A stretch of DNA of 64,000 nt from a virus (IMGVR_UViG_3300028534_000019:31091-95090), one strand, 5' to 3'; positions 17,251 through 27,589 are shown, counted from the stretch's first letter. A program made the numbers and translations. Notes: generated by a model not told the origin, from the letters alone.

Positions 17251-18041
17251 TGTTAATAGTACCTGTTGGTTTGCCTGGTTCAGGAAAAACTGTTTTATCA
17301 AGAAAATTTAATACAGTTATAAATGCTGATGAATTGTTTAAGGATAATTATACATTAGATGATTTAATAAATTATATAAAAGAATATAATTATACAGTAA
17401 CAGATGTTTATTTGGATGGTTTATTTATTACAAGGAATTTAGTTAAGAAATTGATTGAAACTTTTGATTATTATATTAGATTAGTATATTTTAAACCTAA
17501 TATAGAAAATTGTATCTACAATGATTTATCAAGAAATAGAGAAAAAGATAGTGTTAATATAATTTATGGTTCTGATTTAAGTTTTATGAAAGAAAGTTAT
17601 TTTAGAAATAAAATAAGAGAAACAATGGAAGTATATAAGGCTGATTATGTAGAATATATAAAAGAAGAAAATAACTTTCAAAATTATATAGAAACACAAG
17701 AGTATGTCTTAGAAGGAAGTACATATGGTACTTGTTGGGATGAAGACGGCCCGTCTGAAACAACACCTGATGACCCATACCATTTTACTGATTTTACAGA
17801 ACTTGAAAAGATATTTAAAAAAATGAATATTCCTTATACAGAAGAAAATTATAATAAAATTGAAAGTGTTATAGAAGAAGAAGATAGAAGTGAGGGTGAT
17901 TATTATGGTGGTTATGCTTATAAAGAGGTTTATAGAGTTGAAGTTACATTATTAATAAAAGCAATACTAAAAGAGTTTTTTGGTATTGATAAAACAGATA
18001 TGGCATATATTAAAAAAGAATACCCTGAACTAATATTTTAA
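17250..18041 (+). CDS. P-loop kinase-like protein (polynucleotide-kinase-like N-terminus) with C-terminal YPELIF motif
   Basis: MLIVPVGLPGSGKT is a Walker A at the extreme N-terminus, as in T4 Pnk-type kinases. The ATG at 17250 overlaps the previous stop (TAATG). Ends ...IKKEYPELIF*. Confidence 0.55.
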   Translation: MLIVPVGLPGSGKTVLSRKFNTVINADELFKDNYTLDDLINYIKEYNYTVTDVYLDGLFITRNLVKKLIETFDYYIRLVYFKPNIENCIYNDLSRNREKDSVNIIYGSDLSFMKESYFRNKIRETMEVYKADYVEYIKEENNFQNYIETQEYVLEGSTYGTCWDEDGPSETTPDDPYHFTDFTELEKIFKKMNIPYTEENYNKIESVIEEEDRSEGDYYGGYAYKEVYRVEVTLLIKAILKEFFGIDKTDMAYIKKEYPELIF

Positions 18042-18056
18042 AAAAAAGGCTAAAAA

Positions 18057-18569
18057 ATGGTAGAAGAAAATAATTTTAGAGAAACAAAAACACATATTTA
18101 TTTTTGGGGTAGTATCTATTCTCAATGGTACACTTCAAAAAACCAATTCAAAGAAGATGGATTTATTTTTCAAAATGCTGAACAGTATATGATGATGAAA
18201 AAAGCAGAACTTTTTAAAGATTATGATGTATTAGAAAAAATGAAACAAACAAGTAATCCAAAGGTATTAAAAAAATTGGGTAGAGAAATTAAAGGTTTTG
18301 ATGAAGATATTTGGAATTTTAATAAAATGGATATTGTTGAAAGAGGGAATTTTTTAAAGTTCTCTCAAAATCCTAAGTTATTAGAAAAACTTATAGCACA
18401 CAAAAATAAACATATAGTAGAAGCATCACCTTATGATAAGATTTGGGGTATTGGGCTTCATTGGTCAGATGATAAGGTATTAAATGAAAGTACTTGGAAT
18501 GGTGAAAATCTTTTAGGTAAATGTATTATGTCAGCAAGAGATAAAATTTTAAATCCAAAATCTATATAA
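18057..18569 (+). CDS. NADAR (YbiA/DUF1768) family protein
   Basis: IYFWGSIYSQWY, FQNAEQYMMMKKAELF, GNFLKFSQNPKL and IVEASPYDKIWGIG are the family signatures as I recall them. Confidence 0.8.
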   Translation: MVEENNFRETKTHIYFWGSIYSQWYTSKNQFKEDGFIFQNAEQYMMMKKAELFKDYDVLEKMKQTSNPKVLKKLGREIKGFDEDIWNFNKMDIVERGNFLKFSQNPKLLEKLIAHKNKHIVEASPYDKIWGIGLHWSDDKVLNESTWNGENLLGKCIMSARDKILNPKSI

Positions 18570-18579
18570 TAAGAAAAAA

Positions 18580-18601
18580 TTAAATAAAAATATTATATAA
18601 T
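18580..18601 (+). promoter_or_regulatory. Promoter candidate (TTAAAT-N10-TATAAT) upstream of dnaK
   Basis: TTAAATAAAAATATTATATAAT, 38 nt upstream of the ATG at 18640. Confidence 0.4.
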
Positions 18602-18639
18602 TAAGAATTAAAACATTTAAAACACAAAGGAGATAATTT

Positions 18640-20490
18640 ATGGCAGTTATTGGTATAGATTTAGGAACGACAAATAGTGCTGTTTCAGTTTATGAAGTAG
18701 GGGAATTTAAAATTATTCCTAATGCTGAGGGTAAAAATACAACACCTAGTATTGTAGCATTTACAGATAAAGGGGATGTATTAGTAGGGGAATCAGCAAA
18801 AAGACAAGCAGTCACAAACCCTGAAAAAACTATTGAAGCAATTAAAAGAATTATGGGTATGCAATTTAATGAACCTAGATGTAAAGAGGCTCAAGAAAAA
18901 GTACAATATAAAATTGTAGATAAAAATGGTTTGGCCGCTGTTGATGTTGATGGTAAGATTTATACACCACAAGAAATTTCAGCTAAAATCCTTACAAAAC
19001 TAAAAGATGATGCAGAAGCATTTATTGGTAAAGAAGTTACAGATGCTGTAATTACAGTTCCAGCATACTTTAATGATGCTCAGAGAAAGGCGACACAAGA
19101 GGCAGGCGTTATTGCAGGGCTTAATGTACTAAGAATTATTAATGAACCTACTTCGGCCGCTCTTGCTTATGGTTTGGACAAAAAAGGTGAGGAAAATATT
19201 CTTGTTTATGATTTTGGTGGTGGTACTTTTGATGTATCTGTATTAGAAATTGGAGATGGTACTTTTGAAGTTCTTTCAACTGATGGTAATGCTTTCTTAG
19301 GTGGTAAAGACTTTGACCAAATTTTAGTTAATTATATTGCTGAATATTTTAAAGAGAAACAGGGTGTTGATTTAAGAAATGATAAAATGGCACTTCAAAG
19401 ATTATATGATGCTTCAGAAAATGCTAAAAAAGAGTTATCAAGTGTTGTAGAAACTGAAATTAACTTACCATTTATTACTATGACAGAAGCCGGCCCGCAG
19501 CATCTTGTTTTAAAAATTTCAAGAGGTAAATTTGAGGGGTTAGTACAAAATCTTGTAGATGAAACTATTGAACATATTACAACAGCATTACAAGACGCTG
19601 GTTTAAGTGTAGATGATATTAGTGAATTGATTATGGTTGGTGGCTCAACAAGAATACCTTTAGTACAAGAGGCAGTTTCAAAGTATTTTAAAGGTAAAAC
19701 TCTTAATAAATCTGTTAATCCTGATGAAGTTGTAGCCGCTGGTGCTTCAATTCAAGGTGGTGTATTAACAGGAGATGTAAAAGATGTTCTTCTTCTTGAT
19801 GTTACACCATTATCACTTGGTATTGAAACTATGGGTGGTATTGCTACTAAAATCATCCCAAAAGGTACAACTATTCCTGTTAAAAAATCAGAAATCTTTA
19901 GTACAGCAGTTGATAATCAACCAGCAGTTAGTATTGTAGTAGTACAAGGTGAAGCAAAATTAGCAGAAGATAATAAATCTTTAGGACAATTTAATCTTGA
20001 GGGTATAACACCAGCTAAAAAAGGTGTACCACAAATTGAAGTTAATTTTGATGTTGATTCTAATGGTGTTTTGAGTGTATCAGCTATTGATAAAGGAACA
20101 GGTAAAGAACAGAAAATAACAATTACAGGTTCGACAGGTTTAAGTGAAGAAGAAATTAGAAAGATGATTGATGATGCTGAAAAACAAAATCAAGAAAAGG
20201 CTGAAAAAATTAAAGCAATTGAAGCAAAAAATGAATTGGATGCTACTCTTTCAAGAATTAAAAACTTTAATGATGAAGAAAAAAATGAAGTGCTATCAGC
20301 TAAAATTTCTGATGTTGAAGAATATGTAAAAGAAGATAGAACAGCAGAAGAAATTAGAAAAATTAGAGATGAACTTGAAGAAGTTTATTTAAAAGCATTT
20401 GAAGAGAAATCAAAAAGAAATGAAGGTGCTGAGGTAAAAGAAAGCACTGAAAATAATGATGATGTTATTGATGCTGAAATTGAAGAATAA
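18640..20490 (+). CDS. dnaK: Hsp70 chaperone DnaK (canonical bacterial type)
   Basis: [69 protein letters not shown], and an acidic tail [10 protein letters not shown]. Confidence 0.95.
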   Translation: MAVIGIDLGTTNSAVSVYEVGEFKIIPNAEGKNTTPSIVAFTDKGDVLVGESAKRQAVTNPEKTIEAIKRIMGMQFNEPRCKEAQEKVQYKIVDKNGLAAVDVDGKIYTPQEISAKILTKLKDDAEAFIGKEVTDAVITVPAYFNDAQRKATQEAGVIAGLNVLRIINEPTSAALAYGLDKKGEENILVYDFGGGTFDVSVLEIGDGTFEVLSTDGNAFLGGKDFDQILVNYIAEYFKEKQGVDLRNDKMALQRLYDASENAKKELSSVVETEINLPFITMTEAGPQHLVLKISRGKFEGLVQNLVDETIEHITTALQDAGLSVDDISELIMVGGSTRIPLVQEAVSKYFKGKTLNKSVNPDEVVAAGASIQGGVLTGDVKDVLLLDVTPLSLGIETMGGIATKIIPKGTTIPVKKSEIFSTAVDNQPAVSIVVVQGEAKLAEDNKSLGQFNLEGITPAKKGVPQIEVNFDVDSNGVLSVSAIDKGTGKEQKITITGSTGLSEEEIRKMIDDAEKQNQEKAEKIKAIEAKNELDATLSRIKNFNDEEKNEVLSAKISDVEEYVKEDRTAEEIRKIRDELEEVYLKAFEEKSKRNEGAEVKESTENNDDVIDAEIEE

Positions 20491-20501
20491 AAGAGGAAAA
20501 A

Positions 20502-21305
20502 TTGAAAAAATTATATAAAATTCTTGAAATTGAAGAAACTTCTACAACAGTAGAAATAAAAAAAGCATATAGAAAATTAGCTAAAAAATACCACCCTGAT
20601 GTTTGTAAAGAAGAGGGTGGTGAAGATAAGTTTAAAGAAATTAATAGAGCATATGAAGTTCTAAGCAATCCACAAGAAAAACAAAAGTATGATAGATTTG
20701 GTGATGAAATGTATGAAAAAATGGGGTCAGGTGGTGGAAGACCTAATCCAAATGCTGATGAGTTTGCAGAAGCAATGGCATCATTTTTCAACCAAAAGGG
20801 AAATCCCCGACAAGGTAATCCTTTTGGTATGGGTGGTAATCCTTTTATTCATACAACAATTCAAGCATATATTTCGATAGAAGATTTATTTAAAGGTACT
20901 TCTATACAATTACAAGATGGTACTAAAGTAAAAATACCACCTAGAACAATACCGGGTAGTAGGGTAAGAGTTAAAGGCAAAGGTATGTCAGATGGTAAAA
21001 ATACAGGAGATTTATTTATTATCATAACACCAAAAAATAATGATAAAGAATTTGTTGAGAATGATACTATTATAAAGATTATCAAAATTGATTTAGTTAG
21101 TATGATTTTTGGAAATGAAATAAAATATAATCATTATGGTAAAGATTTAATTGTTACTGTTCCAAAAAATACAAAGCCCGGTGACTTTGTACAAATTCCC
21201 AATCAGGGCTTAGGTACTCAGGGTTCATTAATTTTACATTTAGATTTAGAATTACCAAAAGCAGAAGATTTAGATGAAGAAAAAGTAAAAGAATTATTTA
21301 ATTAA
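20502..21305 (+). CDS. J-domain co-chaperone (DnaJ/CbpA-like, no zinc-finger domain)
   Basis: TTG start after AAGAGG. J domain is YKILEIEETSTTVEIKKAYRKLAKKYHPDV with HPD, followed by a G/F-rich linker and a DnaJ C-terminal beta domain. No CxxCxGxG repeats. Confidence 0.85.
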   Translation: MKKLYKILEIEETSTTVEIKKAYRKLAKKYHPDVCKEEGGEDKFKEINRAYEVLSNPQEKQKYDRFGDEMYEKMGSGGGRPNPNADEFAEAMASFFNQKGNPRQGNPFGMGGNPFIHTTIQAYISIEDLFKGTSIQLQDGTKVKIPPRTIPGSRVRVKGKGMSDGKNTGDLFIIITPKNNDKEFVENDTIIKIIKIDLVSMIFGNEIKYNHYGKDLIVTVPKNTKPGDFVQIPNQGLGTQGSLILHLDLELPKAEDLDEEKVKELFN

Positions 21306-21312
21306 TATACAA

Positions 21313-21334
21313 TTAAGGTTTCTTTTGCTATAAT
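21313..21334 (+). promoter_or_regulatory. Promoter candidate (TTAAGG-N10-TATAAT)
   Basis: TTAAGGTTTCTTTTGCTATAAT. TATAATTTCATCATAT is shared with the 6089-6165 intergenic region. Confidence 0.5.
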
Positions 21335-21364
21335 TTCATCATATATAAACTAAAAGGATTCAAA

Positions 21365-21769
21365 ATGGCAAAAGAAAAAAGTTATGGGGTTGCTCCTTAT
21401 TTAATTATAAATGGGCAATATTATATATTGTTAAATAAAACATCAGAACATAGTAGATACAATTTCTTCAAAGGTAAAATTGAAGAGGGTGAAACTATTG
21501 CTCAATGTGCCAAAAGAGAATTTTGGGAAGAAACAGGTGTAGAAGTTGATGAGAGAGATTTTGAAGAATATTTTTTCCAAAAGTCTTCTAAAAAAGATGT
21601 TGGTATTTTTTTAATTAATTGGTCTAAATATATTAATAAAAAATTTCAATTTCAAAAAAGAGAAATTTGGGCTTCTTATTGGGTAGAGGTTGATGATGTT
21701 CAAACATCCAAAAACCAAAAAGAAATTGTTGATTCTATTGAATCTTTTTTTAAAAATAAATCTGAGTAA
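21365..21769 (+). CDS. Nudix hydrolase
   Basis: Complete Nudix box GKIEEGETIAQCAKREFWEETGV (Gx5Ex7REUxEExGU). Confidence 0.85.
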   Translation: MAKEKSYGVAPYLIINGQYYILLNKTSEHSRYNFFKGKIEEGETIAQCAKREFWEETGVEVDERDFEEYFFQKSSKKDVGIFLINWSKYINKKFQFQKREIWASYWVEVDDVQTSKNQKEIVDSIESFFKNKSE

Positions 21770-21785
21770 AAAGTAAAGGTAAAAA

Positions 21786-22823
21786 ATGTCTAAAGAAATT
21801 GATGGATATGTAGTAAAACAAGAAACAGTTCAAGGTGTAATGAGTATTGAAGATATTGAAAAGAATTTCAATTCTTTTGTTAAAGAGATAGATTCAAATA
21901 TGGATAAAATGTCCACTGTAATACAAAATGATGAGTTAAATCAAATTAGTGATGAAATTCTTAAAGCAAAAGAATATATTGAAACATTTTCAAGAGGTGA
22001 AACAAAAAGTTTTAAAGAAAAAACACTAAGCCATTTAGGTAATGTACCGATGATTGGGGATTGGGCTAAGGGTAAGTATGAAGAAGTCAGAAGAACAAAT
22101 TTTGAAAATAGTTCTGTTAAAGAAATTATTGAGGGTATTTTTAATACTTTTGAAGAAAAGAAGAAAAGACTTATTGTTTTGAGTGAAAATATTGATTTAC
22201 TTAGAAGTAATTTACAAGTACAAGAGGCAAAACTTGAAGAGTATATTGTTCAACTTGATTATATTATTGATAATACAACTAGCTCAGGTGAAAAACTTAA
22301 AGCAATTGATATGAGTATTGTTGCTCAATCTCAAAGACAAGTGGTTAAAGAAATGTTATATAATCAAATTGATTTTATTCTTAACCTTATGGAAACTTTA
22401 ATGGTTAAAATTGTAAAAACTTTACCTGTTCTTAAAAATACATTAAATAGTTCTGTAAACATAGCGGCAACTATTAATAGTATGAAAGATACTGTTGAAA
22501 TGATGAACTCTTTAGAAGAATTGACAAATAAAGTTACACAAGAATCAACAAATAATATTCAAAGTCTTATTATTGATGTTATGGATAACTTCTCAGAAAA
22601 AATTGATGAAGAATTTTATGAAAAAGCCGCTGATAGAAATATACAGTTTACTAAAGATTTGATTGATTCAAGAAAAAAATATATTGAAAAATCTGTTAAA
22701 GGTTATAAAAATCTTAAAAGTATTGAGGTAAAAATGCAACAAGCACTTCTTGAAAGAGCAAATGCTGAAGAAGAAACATTACAAATTATGCAGTCAAGTA
22801 CAATTTCATCAGAGGCTGTGTAA
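21786..22823 (+). CDS. TelA-like (toxic anion resistance family) coiled-coil protein, tentative
   Basis: Length and helical block order resemble TelA as I recall it (for example ...KEIIEGIFNTFEEKKKRLIVLSENIDLLRSNL..., ...QRQVVKEMLYNQIDFILNLMETLMVKIVKTLPVLKN...). Confidence 0.4.
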   Translation: MSKEIDGYVVKQETVQGVMSIEDIEKNFNSFVKEIDSNMDKMSTVIQNDELNQISDEILKAKEYIETFSRGETKSFKEKTLSHLGNVPMIGDWAKGKYEEVRRTNFENSSVKEIIEGIFNTFEEKKKRLIVLSENIDLLRSNLQVQEAKLEEYIVQLDYIIDNTTSSGEKLKAIDMSIVAQSQRQVVKEMLYNQIDFILNLMETLMVKIVKTLPVLKNTLNSSVNIAATINSMKDTVEMMNSLEELTNKVTQESTNNIQSLIIDVMDNFSEKIDEEFYEKAADRNIQFTKDLIDSRKKYIEKSVKGYKNLKSIEVKMQQALLERANAEEETLQIMQSSTISSEAV

Positions 22824-23236
22824 TGGAAAATTCTGAATTTTATATTGAGATAAATAACACTATTTTATTTTGTCCTGATATTTTGACGGCTGAAAGAAAA
22901 TATGATGAGGTTTTATTGACTTGTAACAATGGTACTGAAATAATTTTATCAGATGCTAAATATCTTGATGAGATACTAGATAAAAAAGCAAACTTTCATA
23001 AATTACAAAATATTGTGAATGTAGATAAAACAATTTTAGATATTGAGGAAAAAGTTAAACAAAAAAGTTTAGCAAATATTCAGGAAATTGAAGATAAATT
23101 TAAAAGTTCTTTAGCTCAAACAGAATCAAAAATTGATAGTATTAGACAAACTATAAGCACTATTGACCCATCAAGAGCAGTGAGTTTGGTTGATGATATG
23201 GAAACACTTTTATCAAAATTTAAGGCTTTAATCTAA
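22823..23236 (+). CDS. Hypothetical protein
   Basis: 137-codon ORF. The ATG overlaps the upstream stop. Confidence 0.55.
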   Translation: MENSEFYIEINNTILFCPDILTAERKYDEVLLTCNNGTEIILSDAKYLDEILDKKANFHKLQNIVNVDKTILDIEEKVKQKSLANIQEIEDKFKSSLAQTESKIDSIRQTISTIDPSRAVSLVDDMETLLSKFKALI

Positions 23237-23245
23237 AGGAATAAT

Positions 23246-24100
23246 ATGTTCAAAAAAGATAAAAATACCTCAACTATTTTAAAAGTTATTAAAGAGTATG
23301 ATAATATTCAGAAATTGTTTAATATAGAGTTGGATAAAGCAACATCAGAACAATTTGTGGATGAACTTAAAAAACAACTTAAATTAAATTTAGAAACTCT
23401 ATCTATCTTAACTGAAAAAACAGAGGTGTTTTCAGATACAAAAACATTTACAGGTTTTGGTTTTAGGTTGCCATATGAAGAACAAAAAATAGAGTATCTA
23501 AAATATGATAATATTTCAAGTGATGAAGAAAGTGCTTATAATATAATTGAGCATAATAAATTTATAACTTTATATAAACATAAAAAAGAATATAAAAAAA
23601 TCTTTACAAAAGAAAGTATATATTTTGAAAGTGTTTTATTAGAAATTAATAAAATATATGGTAGTATAAAAAGTGATTATTCACATAATACAGAATTAAG
23701 AGATGCTTTATTTATTATTAAAGAGTTTTCAAGAACAACACAAAAAGGTGTAGTTTATTATATTTCTTTAAGATATATAGAAAAATTTTTGATAGAAGTA
23801 TTTCCAACATTTTCAAATGTAATAAAAAAAGAATTTAAAGACTATAAAGAAAATACAAAAAATGATTTTGGGTATTGGAAAATAGAAAATTTATATAATA
23901 TTTTATTAGGATTTGAGTCTTTAATTTCATATTCAAAACAAAAAGATGAGTTTACCTTTAGACCAAGAATTAGTGTATCTATAATTTTAAAAAATGAAGA
24001 TGGTTATGTAACTAAGAAAATATTAAAAGAACTAATGAAAGAAACAAGGTATTTAGATTTTAAAATTTATCAGAAAAATAAAAAGGATAGTAATGAATAG
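23246..24100 (+). CDS. Hypothetical protein
   Basis: 284-codon ORF. Confidence 0.6.
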   Translation: MFKKDKNTSTILKVIKEYDNIQKLFNIELDKATSEQFVDELKKQLKLNLETLSILTEKTEVFSDTKTFTGFGFRLPYEEQKIEYLKYDNISSDEESAYNIIEHNKFITLYKHKKEYKKIFTKESIYFESVLLEINKIYGSIKSDYSHNTELRDALFIIKEFSRTTQKGVVYYISLRYIEKFLIEVFPTFSNVIKKEFKDYKENTKNDFGYWKIENLYNILLGFESLISYSKQKDEFTFRPRISVSIILKNEDGYVTKKILKELMKETRYLDFKIYQKNKKDSNE

Positions 24101-24380
24101 ATATTCAAAAGATGAAACAATAAAAACATTCTTAACACAAAATAAAGCAACTATAATTTATGATGGTATGTATAAACTTGTTTTTGATGATGGTGGTGTT
24201 ATGATAACAACTAAAACTTCTGATGAGATGTTTTCATTCTTAATTGGTTATAAGTATGCTAGTATGAATTATGAAAAGATTTTAGAGAGAATTAATACTG
24301 AACACAATAATATGGTAAAACAGTATGATGAACAAATGAACATTATGTCATCTATGGTTGAAGATAAAGAAGAAAATTAA
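24093..24380 (+). CDS. Hypothetical protein
   Basis: 95-codon ORF overlapping the upstream gene by 8 nt. Confidence 0.5.
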   Translation: MNRYSKDETIKTFLTQNKATIIYDGMYKLVFDDGGVMITTKTSDEMFSFLIGYKYASMNYEKILERINTEHNNMVKQYDEQMNIMSSMVEDKEEN

Positions 24381-24447
24381 TTTTAATTTTTAATTTTCTT
24401 TTAATATTAAAATGCTATAATTACATAATTAAAAAAGAAGGATATTT

Positions 24448-25548
24448 ATGTTAGTTCAAAATAAAAAAGTTCCAAAAGAAACATTAGAGTTATTGGACTC
24501 TAAAATAGAAGAATTTGAAAAAAATACAAATTCAACTGTTTTATATATTACAATTACAGGTTCTGTTCTTTATGGTACTGATAATGAAAATAGTGATTTA
24601 GATTTTAAAGGTATTTTTATGCCTAATCTAAAAGAAGTGCTTATTGGTAATACACCTAGTGCTTTTGTTTTTAATTCAAATACAAAAGATAAAAACTCTT
24701 CTGATGATATTGATTTAACATTACACCCTGTAAATGACTTCTTTAATCATCTTAGAAAATCTGAAACAGGTGCTGTTGATTTACTTTTTAGTATGTTTAG
24801 AGAAGATACTATTGTTTTTGATGATGGTATTTTCACGAACTTTATGAAGAAAAATTATCAAAAGTTTAGAAATTCTAATATGAAAAGTTTTATCGGTTAT
24901 GCTGTTGGTCAAACTAAAAAATTTGGGATTAAAGGTGCTAGATATGAAGAGTTAGATGTTTTTTATAAAGATTGTGTTAATTATTTTAATCTTGCTCCAA
25001 AAGAAAATAAATTAGGTGAATATTGGGATTTTCTTGAACTAAAAGCCCAAGGTAAAAAATATATTAAGTTTACAAAAGCAGAAGGTGCTAGAAGAAATGA
25101 TGGTAGTAGTAATATCATTGATTATATTTCTGTTCTTGGTAAACTATATCATAAAGATGTAACAGTAGGTTATTTTTTAGAAAGAGTTTCTAAATTTTAT
25201 AATCAATTTGGTAATAGAACTAAAACAGTAGCTAAAACTGAATCAAAAACAGATTGGAAAGCAATGAGCCACGCCCTTAGAGTAGCTATGGAAGTTAAAG
25301 AGTTACTTCAATTTGGTTTTATTAAATTTCCATTGACTTATGCTGATGAGATTAAAGAAGTTAAATTTGGTAACAGAGAAGAACAAGAAACATTAGATAA
25401 AATTAGAGATGTATTGGGTGAAGTTGATACAATATTAGAAAATATTGATAAAGATAACTTTCCTTGTGAAATGAGTGAAGAATTACTTAAAAAATTAAAA
25501 TGGGAAGTAATTCTTCTATATAAAGAGTTTTTAGATTTAGGTTTTTAA
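24448..25548 (+). CDS. Nucleotidyltransferase (RlaP/PF10127-like, Pol-beta superfamily)
   Basis: ITITGSVLYGTDNENSDLDFKGIF gives the GS...G...D-x-D NTase signature of the RNA-ligase-associated family. Confidence 0.65.
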   Translation: MLVQNKKVPKETLELLDSKIEEFEKNTNSTVLYITITGSVLYGTDNENSDLDFKGIFMPNLKEVLIGNTPSAFVFNSNTKDKNSSDDIDLTLHPVNDFFNHLRKSETGAVDLLFSMFREDTIVFDDGIFTNFMKKNYQKFRNSNMKSFIGYAVGQTKKFGIKGARYEELDVFYKDCVNYFNLAPKENKLGEYWDFLELKAQGKKYIKFTKAEGARRNDGSSNIIDYISVLGKLYHKDVTVGYFLERVSKFYNQFGNRTKTVAKTESKTDWKAMSHALRVAMEVKELLQFGFIKFPLTYADEIKEVKFGNREEQETLDKIRDVLGEVDTILENIDKDNFPCEMSEELLKKLKWEVILLYKEFLDLGF

Positions 25549-25549
25549 A

Positions 25550-26602
25550 ATGGATTTTGATTTTGATGAAATTGTTGCTACAAGAACTTATGTTGATTGT
25601 TATTGTAATGATAATATAAGTTCAGATGATATTAAAGGTATATTAAATCCTAATTTTATTAATAAAACATTAAATGAAATAGATAATTTTTTATATGGTG
25701 GTTTTAATTATTTTAGTAAAAGAGTTCCATTCACTTTAGCTGGTGGTTCTCTTCTTAGTTATTGTTCTTATTATATAGCTACAAAAAATGATTATGGTAA
25801 TCCAAAAAGTTATTTAGATTGGTTGGAATATTCAGGTAATTCTGATATTGATTTATTTTTTGAATGTGAGGAAGATTATATAAAAATGCTTGAAGCAGTA
25901 CAAAAAAATGGTTTTAGTAATTTATCACCTAAACCAAATGCTAAAAGTTTTTATAAAAAAAGAGGAAAAAATAAAAATACAATTTCAATAGATTTAGTAC
26001 ATAAAGATTATTCAGCACCACAAAAACTTATAGATAGATTTGATTTGAATAAGAGTAAAATTGCTATAAGTTCTTATGGCAATCTTTATATAGGTAATGA
26101 TTTTGATAATTATCTTTGTTTAAATCCATTAAATATAAATTATAATACTATATCAAGATTTAAAAAATATTCTATAACAAAACATATACAACCTTCATAT
26201 AAAACTTTACAAGAACTTGTACATATTTTCATTGATAAACAAGATGAAGTATATGAAAGTTTTTATAATGATGAAAAAAGAGATATACCTATGTATGGTG
26301 GGCTTGAAAATCTGATTACAATTATTGTAGATTGTAAAAAGTTATATAACATAGATTTAAAACTTAGTCGTGATGAGGTATTTAACTTATATTTAATATT
26401 GGAGAAACATTTTTCTGAAAAAGATAGATTAATTTCTTTTTTTACAAAAATAATTAATGAAGATAGTATTGATTATATACCTAAAATATATGAATTATTA
26501 TTACAACGACAAGATAGATTTTATGGAAAACAATTTGAAGATAATATGGATGAATCTATTAGAGATAAAGTTTTAGAAACATACCCTGAAATAATGTTTT
26601 AA
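25550..26602 (+). CDS. Hypothetical protein (possible second NTase-fold protein) with C-terminal YPEIMF motif
   Basis: FTLAGGSLLSY...GNSDIDLFFE is weakly NTase-like, with longer than typical spacing. Ends ...KVLETYPEIMF*. Confidence 0.35.
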   Translation: MDFDFDEIVATRTYVDCYCNDNISSDDIKGILNPNFINKTLNEIDNFLYGGFNYFSKRVPFTLAGGSLLSYCSYYIATKNDYGNPKSYLDWLEYSGNSDIDLFFECEEDYIKMLEAVQKNGFSNLSPKPNAKSFYKKRGKNKNTISIDLVHKDYSAPQKLIDRFDLNKSKIAISSYGNLYIGNDFDNYLCLNPLNINYNTISRFKKYSITKHIQPSYKTLQELVHIFIDKQDEVYESFYNDEKRDIPMYGGLENLITIIVDCKKLYNIDLKLSRDEVFNLYLILEKHFSEKDRLISFFTKIINEDSIDYIPKIYELLLQRQDRFYGKQFEDNMDESIRDKVLETYPEIMF

Positions 26603-26612
26603 CACATAAAAA

Positions 26613-26634
26613 TTAAGTAATATTACTATATAAT
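26613..26634 (+). promoter_or_regulatory. Promoter candidate (TTAAGT-N10-TATAAT)
   Basis: AAAATTAAGTAATATTACTATATAAT, 31 nt upstream of the ATG at 26665. Confidence 0.55.
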
Positions 26635-26664
26635 ATGACTTATTAAATATAATAAAGGAAAAAA

Positions 26665-27576
26665 ATGGAAGAACAAATAGCGATTGATTTAGGCTATTCA
26701 ACATCAAAAGTTGCTTATGCTGATAAAATAGCAAAATTCCCAACTGCTGTTTCTTTTGCTACTGATGTAGGTACATCATATGGTGAAGGGAATATTTATG
26801 ACTTTGAGGGAGATAAGTATTATGTGGGTAGTGAAGCCGCTGATGCTGAGGCTTTTACAACTATGGATTTTAAATTTTTATATAAATTTGCTCCTCTTCT
26901 TATCTATCATATTTTAAGTAAATTTGATAAAGCAGAACTTGAAAAACCTATTGTTGTAAAAACAGGATTGGCAATTGTTGATTGGCATAAAAAAGATGAT
27001 TTTATTGAAAGAATTTCAAAAATTGAAGTGAATGGGCAAACTGTTGAAACAACACCCATTCTTATTCCTCAAGGTGCTGGATGTGCTGTTGATTGGGTTT
27101 CATCAGATAATGATGGAGAATGGCCGGACAATCTTACAGTAGTTGATATTGGTTATAATACTATTAACCTTATATCATTTTTAGAGGGTAAACCAATTAG
27201 AAAAAATATGAAAAGTTACCCAGGACACGGTGTTTCTAGTATAATTAAACCTTTTACTAGTTATCTTGAAAATACTTTTGGTACAACATTTTCAGAACAA
27301 GAAGCAATTAAATTTTTTGTTAAAGGTACTTTTAAATATAATGGTGAAGACCAACCTAAAGTATCAGAAAAAATTACAGAATTAAAATCACAATTTGTTA
27401 AAAAAATGTTTCAATCTGTTTTAGTTTCTGATAAAAAACTTCTTGCTATGTCAGATGTAGTGCTTATTGCTGGTGGTGGTGCTTATTTACTTCAAGATAT
27501 TCCATTCCCGCCAAATGTTGAGTTTGTTGATTCTCCTTATGAGTTCAGTAATACTCGTGGTTATTTAATTTCATAA
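26665..27576 (+). CDS. Actin-like ATPase (ParM/Alp family)
   Basis: Actin-fold phosphate and adenosine motifs in order: IAIDLGYSTSKVAY, VVDIGYNTINL, VLIAGGGAYLL, and a C-terminal NTRGYLI (compare ParM ...VNGMYLIG). Confidence 0.7.
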   Translation: MEEQIAIDLGYSTSKVAYADKIAKFPTAVSFATDVGTSYGEGNIYDFEGDKYYVGSEAADAEAFTTMDFKFLYKFAPLLIYHILSKFDKAELEKPIVVKTGLAIVDWHKKDDFIERISKIEVNGQTVETTPILIPQGAGCAVDWVSSDNDGEWPDNLTVVDIGYNTINLISFLEGKPIRKNMKSYPGHGVSSIIKPFTSYLENTFGTTFSEQEAIKFFVKGTFKYNGEDQPKVSEKITELKSQFVKKMFQSVLVSDKKLLAMSDVVLIAGGGAYLLQDIPFPPNVEFVDSPYEFSNTRGYLIS

Positions 27577-27589
27577 AAAAGGATAAAAA

